Below, piece after piece: positions 6,398 to 12,057 of a stretch of DNA of 12,057 nt. Below the pieces are notes generated by a model. It saw only the letters and a list, made by a program, of their open reading frames with translations. It ran no database searches and was not told the origin of the DNA. Source of the DNA: Promethearchaeota archaeon (lineage in GTDB: Archaea; Asgardarchaeota; Lokiarchaeia; Sigyniarchaeales; SOKP01). Position numbers and translations under genes: made by a program. Each line of letters begins with the position of its first letter. Positions within the stretch are counted from its first letter, which is position 1. Where the stretch lies: the NCBI GenBank assembly GCA_048941265.1, contig JBHLNT010000124.1, forward strand, positions 1-12,057. Reading direction: 5' to 3'.

Positions 6398-7723
6398 ATG
6401 AAAGAATCAAACTCAGAATTCATGAATGTCGTCATAAGTAAAGGGAATTCTCCTAAGGAGTGTGTATTTAATGGAATAGAAAAACTTGGGGGTATAACCA
6501 AGTATATTAGGGATGGAGATCAAGTTTTTATTAAATTCAATTTAATATTACCTCAAGGATTTCCCACTAATACTAATATGGACACTCTTGGAGCCGTTAT
6601 TGACTCATGTCATAAGGCAGGAGCTAAAAAAGTATATGTTGGAAGTTATCCTTTAAAAGGGATCACTATTGAAGCCATATCCGATTTAATTGGCCTTAAT
6701 AATTATTTCTTAAAAATTGGAGCAGAACTAGTGTTTTTAGATTATAGTAATTATTATTATCTTAAAAATGTAAAAAAAGACCATTTGAAAATTATTAAAA
6801 ATCAAAATTTTACTAAAGTTAACGTAAAAAATAAAGAATTTAAAGTTCATAAAATAATTTTAGATTCAGATAAATTAATTTCAGTAAACCAAGTAAATGT
6901 TGATCCAATTTTTAAATTAAGATTATCTGTACTTAATTCTTATTCATTATTCATAAATGCCTTTCAAAAAAACGGAGGAAGTGATATAAAGGATCGCATA
7001 AATGATATACTAGATGCATATACAGTAAGAAAACCAGATTTAGTAATTAATGATATATTTTACATTTTAGAAGGGGCTGGCCCTTATATATATAAAGATT
7101 CAAATTTAAAGAAAACTGGATTAATATTGATGGGGAATGATGCAATTGCGGTTGATATGATTACATCCAACTTATTAAATTATGAAGTTAGCCAAAATCT
7201 TATACTTAAAGAAGCTGTCAATAGAAATTTAGGAACCTCTGATATTTCTAAAATAAATATCATTGGAGAAAATCTTGATGAAATAAAAATAAATTTTAGA
7301 GAATGTGTTTCAAAATTAGAGGATCTTCAAATCCCAGATTTTTCGATTAAAACTGGTAATGTAAAAATTGGGGATTTTGTACAAGCCTATCATTTACTAA
7401 ATCTTATGAAAACATATATGATAAAAGACATCAAATATCTCTCAAATACTTCATTTCTTATAGGAGAAAATCCTCCAGAGCCAGAATTTTCAGATAATGT
7501 TATAATTTTTGGAGATGATGCTATTAAAAGCACTAAATTAAAGAAAAGTATAAATATCCTTAAATTACCCGGAAATCCCCCAAATTTTTTTGACTGTATT
7601 GATTTATTCATGAAATTTTATGGTAAAAATAAGATGCCAACCCTATACTTATTTCAAAAAATGGTTAAATCGTTCAGAAATAAAAAAATTAATTATAAAC
7701 TAAAAATCTGGGAGGGATTATGA
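6398..7723 (+). CDS. DUF362-family protein with a degenerate C-terminal Fe-S-like domain
   Basis: LGGITKYIRDGDQVFIKFN, GAKKVYVGS, KPDLVIND...LEGAGP, GLILMGNDAIAVD, LGTSDISKINIIGE resemble the DUF362 pattern as recalled. C-terminal IIFGDD and LPGNPP resemble GxC and GCPP motifs without Cys. Confidence 0.75.
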   Translation: MKESNSEFMNVVISKGNSPKECVFNGIEKLGGITKYIRDGDQVFIKFNLILPQGFPTNTNMDTLGAVIDSCHKAGAKKVYVGSYPLKGITIEAISDLIGLNNYFLKIGAELVFLDYSNYYYLKNVKKDHLKIIKNQNFTKVNVKNKEFKVHKIILDSDKLISVNQVNVDPIFKLRLSVLNSYSLFINAFQKNGGSDIKDRINDILDAYTVRKPDLVINDIFYILEGAGPYIYKDSNLKKTGLILMGNDAIAVDMITSNLLNYEVSQNLILKEAVNRNLGTSDISKINIIGENLDEIKINFRECVSKLEDLQIPDFSIKTGNVKIGDFVQAYHLLNLMKTYMIKDIKYLSNTSFLIGENPPEPEFSDNVIIFGDDAIKSTKLKKSINILKLPGNPPNFFDCIDLFMKFYGKNKMPTLYLFQKMVKSFRNKKINYKLKIWEGL

Positions 7724-7726
7724 ATA

Positions 7727-9295
7727 ATGATAAATCCTAAGTTCACGTCAAATTGGTTAAAAATTATTAATAGTAATTCTAAAATTCAAATCTTAGAGCA
7801 TCCTTCAGAAATAAAAGAAATAGTTCAGATTCCCTTAACTCCGGTGAATATTGATGCACATTTATTGTATTATTTTTTTGAAATTCTTTATCCTAAATTT
7901 ATTAATGACCAACAAAATATTCTTGATGTTATAATCTATGATGATAATAAAGAAATTTTAAGTATATATCTTTATGAAACACAAAAAGCAGGTATACATC
8001 AATCATATCTAAAATTATCTAACAAATTAATAGAACTTGAAGAAATAGATTTGTTAGATATTGAAAAATTCTTTAATAAAATACAAATTGCCGTAGTTAA
8101 AACCACAGGTGTAAGAATTTCAACGATTCGCATTTTTAAACGTAAAGCTATTGATTTAATAAATCAGTATTGCGATTTAACTAAAAATCTATCAACCTAT
8201 AGTGTTATTCCAAGGTTGCTAGGATTAATAGAGGTATTGGTCGAGAAAAATTTGATTAATTTTTATCCAACTCCTAACTTCCTTAATTTTATAAAAAACA
8301 TTATAATTTTATTAAATGGAATTAGATTTTCTGATATTTTTGAATTTCTTTATGATATATTACCGGAATATAACACATCATTTTTATTCAATACAAATAA
8401 ACAGTCTTTTATTTTAAAGTTATATAAAGAACAATCAAGTTCAAAAAATTCCAATTCTTTTATTACAATTTTTACACCAGAAAGATTAGGAATCGATATC
8501 GATAAATTAAACATTCCAGATAAACTGAATATCATTAAAAATACGGTTAAAACTGAAAATGTTTTTTCTTTAAATCAAAATGATATTATCTCTCTTTTTT
8601 TAGACATTTTTGAATTAGATTTTCCTTTAAAATTGAATAATATACAATTAATATTTCAAAAAATACTATATGGTATAAGGAATTTTGAAAATAAGTGGTA
8701 TAGGTCACCTAGACCACTAGTTTATAATAGTTTCCTTCGTTTTATGATTAGGCTCTTTCGATTCAACCTAAATCTTAAAAAAATCTCACATTGGGCAATA
8801 CCACAGTTAGTTTTTAATTCAATATATTCTAATTTTGGCTTAAATTCGAAAATTTTGATCTTAGTAACTTCAATAGTTAAACAGAATTTTAATAAAGTCG
8901 AATATATAAAGAATGCTCTCAGCTTTGCTCTATTATTTGAAATTCAAAATAGAGAACTTGTTAGTATCACTCCAATTAGTAAGCAAGAACTATTTTTAGA
9001 ACATAAAATAAATACGTTGGATGTAATTAGAAGCACTGTGTCGGAAACATATGGGTTTGTTTCAGCTGTAATTAATATTGATAAATTTTTAATAAGTGAA
9101 ATTATCGGCAATTTTAGCTCTAACTTAGCTAAATTTAAGCTTTTTTCTAAATTCAAGATCTTTAAACTATTTAAAAAAGAATATTACTTTAATATATATC
9201 CCGAAATTCCTGAATTTAAAATTATTAAAGAGAAAGGGATGAATAGCTTTTTCAAAATGATTATACCTGTTTTAATTGATAAGCATGAATTTTAG
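7727..9295 (+). CDS. Hypothetical protein (522 aa), no family recognised; likely co-transcribed with the DUF362-like gene
   Basis: Long ORF starting 3 nt after the upstream stop, with GGAGGG SD at 7711-7716. Confidence 0.8.
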   Translation: MINPKFTSNWLKIINSNSKIQILEHPSEIKEIVQIPLTPVNIDAHLLYYFFEILYPKFINDQQNILDVIIYDDNKEILSIYLYETQKAGIHQSYLKLSNKLIELEEIDLLDIEKFFNKIQIAVVKTTGVRISTIRIFKRKAIDLINQYCDLTKNLSTYSVIPRLLGLIEVLVEKNLINFYPTPNFLNFIKNIIILLNGIRFSDIFEFLYDILPEYNTSFLFNTNKQSFILKLYKEQSSSKNSNSFITIFTPERLGIDIDKLNIPDKLNIIKNTVKTENVFSLNQNDIISLFLDIFELDFPLKLNNIQLIFQKILYGIRNFENKWYRSPRPLVYNSFLRFMIRLFRFNLNLKKISHWAIPQLVFNSIYSNFGLNSKILILVTSIVKQNFNKVEYIKNALSFALLFEIQNRELVSITPISKQELFLEHKINTLDVIRSTVSETYGFVSAVINIDKFLISEIIGNFSSNLAKFKLFSKFKIFKLFKKEYYFNIYPEIPEFKIIKEKGMNSFFKMIIPVLIDKHEF

Positions 9296-9380
9296 AGAAA
9301 TACTAACCTAATATTTCGGTGATGGAAAAAATCCATTATTCAAAAAAGAAAGAAATTAAAATATAATAAAAAAAAGTAAT

Positions 9381-9557
9381 TCATAGCAATATATAAGAGA
9401 TTATTATCGTAAGTACAATGAGAGCAATACCACCAATTACCAATAAAACAGCAAAAGGAAGTATTAAACCCAAAAACATGCTCCCGATTATTCCTCCTAT
9501 TATCATCAAGATTCCAATAATTATAAAAATTCCAATTACTATTGTTTCTAATGTCAT
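9381..9557 (-). CDS. 58-aa two-TM hydrophobic microprotein (below the ORF-track cut-off)
   Basis: MTLETIVIGIFIIIGILMIIGGIIGSMFLGLILPFAVLLVIGGIALIVLTIIISYILL*. ATG at 9557, TGA at 9381-9383, AAGTGA SD-like site upstream, TTTATATA box at about 9631-9638 (-), T tract after the stop. Confidence 0.75.
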   Translation of the reverse strand: MTLETIVIGIFIIIGILMIIGGIIGSMFLGLILPFAVLLVIGGIALIVLTIIISYILL

Positions 9558-9706
9558 TTAAAATTTCACTTTGAATTCATTTGATTCTTAATTAGAGAAT
9601 GTTTTCTTAAAAGATAATTTATTTTAATTTTATATAAATATTCACTTTTAAATCATGATTTCTCTGAATAAAAGTTATTTAAGAATAGATTTTATTATTT
9701 TTTGAA

Positions 9707-10798
9707 TTAGTTAATATAACCTTTGGCATTTAAAAGTTCAGCGTTCAAAATTGCCCCTCCGGCAGCTCCTCTTATTGTATTATGACTTAACGCTACAAAT
9801 TTATAATCAAAAACAGTGTCTTCTCTTAATCTTCCAATTGTAATTGCCATTCCTTTATCGTTATTCCTATCTTTTTTTGGTTGTGGTCTATCAATGTTAT
9901 CTAGGTAAATAATTGGTTGCTTTGGAGCAAAAGGTAAATCTAATTCTTGAGGTAATGATCTAAAATTATTCCATATTTCTATGATCTCTTCTTTTTTCGG
10001 TTTTTTATCTTTAAATCTCATATTCACTGATGCTGTGTGCCCATCACTAACGGGAACTCTTGTACAAGTGGCACTAATTTGAATAGACTCATCATTAATA
10101 ATTCTGTCTTCACCAACTTTTCCAAAGATTTTGTATGGTTCCTGTTCTGTTTTTTCCTCCTCTCCGCCGATATATGGCACTATATTATCCATCATATCTA
10201 AAGATGGAACTCCGGGATAACCTGCCCCTGAAACACCCTGAAGCGTTGTAATTATCAATTTCTCAATTTTATAACCCGCTTTTTCTAAGGCATAAATGGG
10301 AGTTAAAAAACTCTGTACGGAGCAATTTGGTTTGACAAGCACGAAACCTTTCGAAAAATTCCTATTTCTTTGTTGAATAGGTAAAATTTTGATATGATCA
10401 TAATTGATCTCAGGTATTATCATTGGAACATCCGGAGTCCATCGATGCGCTGAATTGTTACTCACTACGGGTATTCCTTTTTTAGCATATTCAAATTCAA
10501 CTTCTTTAATTTGATCCTTGCTAGGCATAGTTATTGCAGAAAATACAAAACTTAAATTCTCAGGGATAGAATCATAATCTTGTACATCCCTTACAATAGA
10601 ATTTTTAATAGAATCTGGGATTGTGATTGGCATATGCCATTTCGATCCAACGGCCTCTAAATATGTTTTACCCGCAGATCTAGGTGATGCCGCTAAATCA
10701 ACTATTTCAAACCAAGGATGATTTTCTAATAATTGTAAATAATTCTGCCCAACTATCCCTGTAGCGCCAAGCACGCCTATCTTTATATTTTTATCCAT
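9707..10798 (-). CDS. asd: Aspartate-semialdehyde dehydrogenase (asd_EA-like subfamily)
   Basis: LGATGIVGQ, AASPRSAGK, SNNSAHR, KPNCS (catalytic Cys), QGVSGAGYPG, CTRVPVSDGH, SHNTIRGAAG (catalytic His). Confidence 0.96.
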   Translation of the reverse strand: MDKNIKIGVLGATGIVGQNYLQLLENHPWFEIVDLAASPRSAGKTYLEAVGSKWHMPITIPDSIKNSIVRDVQDYDSIPENLSFVFSAITMPSKDQIKEVEFEYAKKGIPVVSNNSAHRWTPDVPMIIPEINYDHIKILPIQQRNRNFSKGFVLVKPNCSVQSFLTPIYALEKAGYKIEKLIITTLQGVSGAGYPGVPSLDMMDNIVPYIGGEEEKTEQEPYKIFGKVGEDRIINDESIQISATCTRVPVSDGHTASVNMRFKDKKPKKEEIIEIWNNFRSLPQELDLPFAPKQPIIYLDNIDRPQPKKDRNNDKGMAITIGRLREDTVFDYKFVALSHNTIRGAAGGAILNAELLNAKGYIN

Positions 10799-10878
10799 TT
10801 ATTTCACTTTATTTACTTTATTTCATTACATTTTTTATCATAGAATAATTTTTCTTTTTCTTTTTAGATAAATAAAAC

Positions 10879-11778
10879 CTAATTAAGATTCATATCTCGT
10901 ATAATTTTTTCTATTCTTTTTTGATTATGTTCTGTTGGCATAACTAATGGTGGCCTTAAGAACCAATTTGATATTCCCGCAGTTTTAAGCTTAAACGCAA
11001 TAAATTTTACCGGACCTGGATTCGTCTCGAAAGATAAGGCCTTAAATAGGGGATATAAATCTAAATGGTAAGAAAGTGCTATTTTATAATTCATATTTAA
11101 ACAGACTTCTAAAAAACCTGACATACGATCGGGTATAATATTTGCTGCTACACTGATTATTCCGGCACCTCCAAGAGCACAAATATGATATGTTAATAAA
11201 TCATCACCAGATAAGACCTTAAAATTAGGATTATCTTTAGTTCCAAGAATGATTTCCGTTATTTGGTTGAGATTTCCACTTGCTTCTTTTATACCAATAA
11301 TATTATCAATTTTACTCAATTGAACAGTTGTATCTCCTTCCATATTTATTCCAGTTCGACTAGGAACATTATAAATTATTATGGGTATATTAGTTTTTTC
11401 TGCTATCATTGTAAAATGTTGAATTAATCCTTCTTGAGTTGGTCGGTTATAATATGGAGTAACTGACAATACAGCATCTGCGCCAATATTCTCTGCATGA
11501 TTCGTTAAAGAAATTGCCTCATTTGTGGAATTACTTCCTGCTCCAGCAATAACTGGTATTCTTCCATTTACTTGGTCCACCACAATTTCCATTACTTTAT
11601 GATGTTCTGAATGAGTCATTGTTGCTGATTCACCTGTTGTTGCACATGCAACTAAAGCATCAGATCCATTTTTTATATGAAAGTCCACTAAACTTCTTAG
11701 AGAATCTTCATCTATATCTAAATCAGAAGTAAAAGGTGTAATTAGTGCAGGAATACTGCCTTTTAATTCAATTCTCAT
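10879..11778 (-). CDS. dapA: 4-hydroxy-tetrahydrodipicolinate synthase (DHDPS)
   Basis: ATTGESAT, PYYN, YNVPSRTG, GIKEASG (Schiff-base Lys), SGDD, ETNPGPVK. Adjacent to asd. Confidence 0.95.
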   Translation of the reverse strand: MRIELKGSIPALITPFTSDLDIDEDSLRSLVDFHIKNGSDALVACATTGESATMTHSEHHKVMEIVVDQVNGRIPVIAGAGSNSTNEAISLTNHAENIGADAVLSVTPYYNRPTQEGLIQHFTMIAEKTNIPIIIYNVPSRTGINMEGDTTVQLSKIDNIIGIKEASGNLNQITEIILGTKDNPNFKVLSGDDLLTYHICALGGAGIISVAANIIPDRMSGFLEVCLNMNYKIALSYHLDLYPLFKALSFETNPGPVKFIAFKLKTAGISNWFLRPPLVMPTEHNQKRIEKIIRDMNLN

Positions 11779-11834
11779 TTTTCAAGTATCAATTATATAT
11801 TATTTCCGTAATTAAATACTAAGTAGAGATAATA

Positions 11835-11849
11835 ATATTTAAGCTTTTC
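11835..11849 (-). promoter_or_regulatory. Putative BRE/TATA promoter of dapA-asd
   Basis: Minus strand GAAAAG-CTTAAATA, about 60 nt upstream of the dapA ATG. Confidence 0.45.
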
Positions 11850-11882
11850 TATTAGAGCATCATTCCAATCGACCTAAATATG

Positions 11883-11942
11883 ATTAATAGAATTCTTCCT
11901 CGATCCATTTCCAGAAAGATCGTTAAAGAATTATCTACTAAT
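11883..11942 (-). other. Extended imperfect hairpin upstream of dapA
   Basis: Minus-strand pairings AUUAGUAG/CUAUUAAU, AAUUCUUU/GAAGAAUU and CGAUCU/GGAUCG. Each contains a G-U pair that would be an A-C mismatch on the plus strand. Confidence 0.5.
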
Positions 11943-12057
11943 TAAAATAATCACTTTGAAAATTCGCCTTTCTAACTAAGATACGAATAATCAGAGAAAA
12001 GTCAAAAGTAAAAAAGTATGAGAAAATGAAAGAATCAGAGAAAACATAAGAGACGAA

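Noticed and set aside
7390-9156. Minus-strand ORFs 7390-7611, 8350-8535 and 8944-9156
   Set aside because: Antisense shadows inside longer plus-strand genes.
9318-9340. GGTGATGGA-A5-TCCATTATT hairpin as a fluoride riboswitch or SECIS
   Set aside because: Only the GGTGATGG start resembles the fluoride motif, and the pseudoknot and 3' consensus are absent. It lies between convergent genes and has no 3' GA for a SECIS core. At most a small 3'-end hairpin.
11989-12044. CRISPR array
   Set aside because: Only two 12-bp copies, too short for CRISPR repeats, and no cas genes in the window.
11779-12057. Canonical lysine riboswitch upstream of dapA
   Set aside because: The conserved AGAGGUGC and GCCGAA core elements and the five-way junction cannot be found.
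11938-12057. Minus-strand open frame entering from the right edge (FVSYVFSDSF...SDYFN*)
   Set aside because: Low-complexity pyrimidine-rich sequence is naturally poor in stop codons. Only 39 codons are visible, so it cannot be supported.

Overview
Very AT-rich archaeal chromosomal segment, most likely Asgard (Lokiarchaeia/Promethearchaeota-like). The taxonomy is inferred from the archaeal proteasome beta subunit, a single-fold histone with an AFAWSPIRRLMK start, BRE/TATA-like promoters, oligo-T terminators and low GC. Gene order: a large helical hypothetical ORF that is missing from the ORF track and runs off the left edge (-); a proteasome beta subunit lacking the catalytic Thr1 (-); a ~700-bp divergent intergenic region with a palindrome cluster; histone (+); SIS-domain hexulose-6-phosphate isomerase-like gene (+); a 73-nt nested inverted repeat; membrane-embedded M28 peptidase (+); type II pantothenate kinase (-); a degenerate DUF362-like protein and an in-frame 522-aa hypothetical protein separated only by TGA-ATA (+); an unannotated 58-aa hydrophobic microprotein (-); dapA-asd (-); and a G-U-rich hairpin with short repeats at the right edge. 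I found no rRNA, tRNA, CRISPR array or transposase. The window is mostly housekeeping. The best candidates for new biology are the Cys-less DUF362/hypothetical/microprotein/PanK-II locus, the two intergenic RNA-like structures and the palindrome array upstream of the histone gene.
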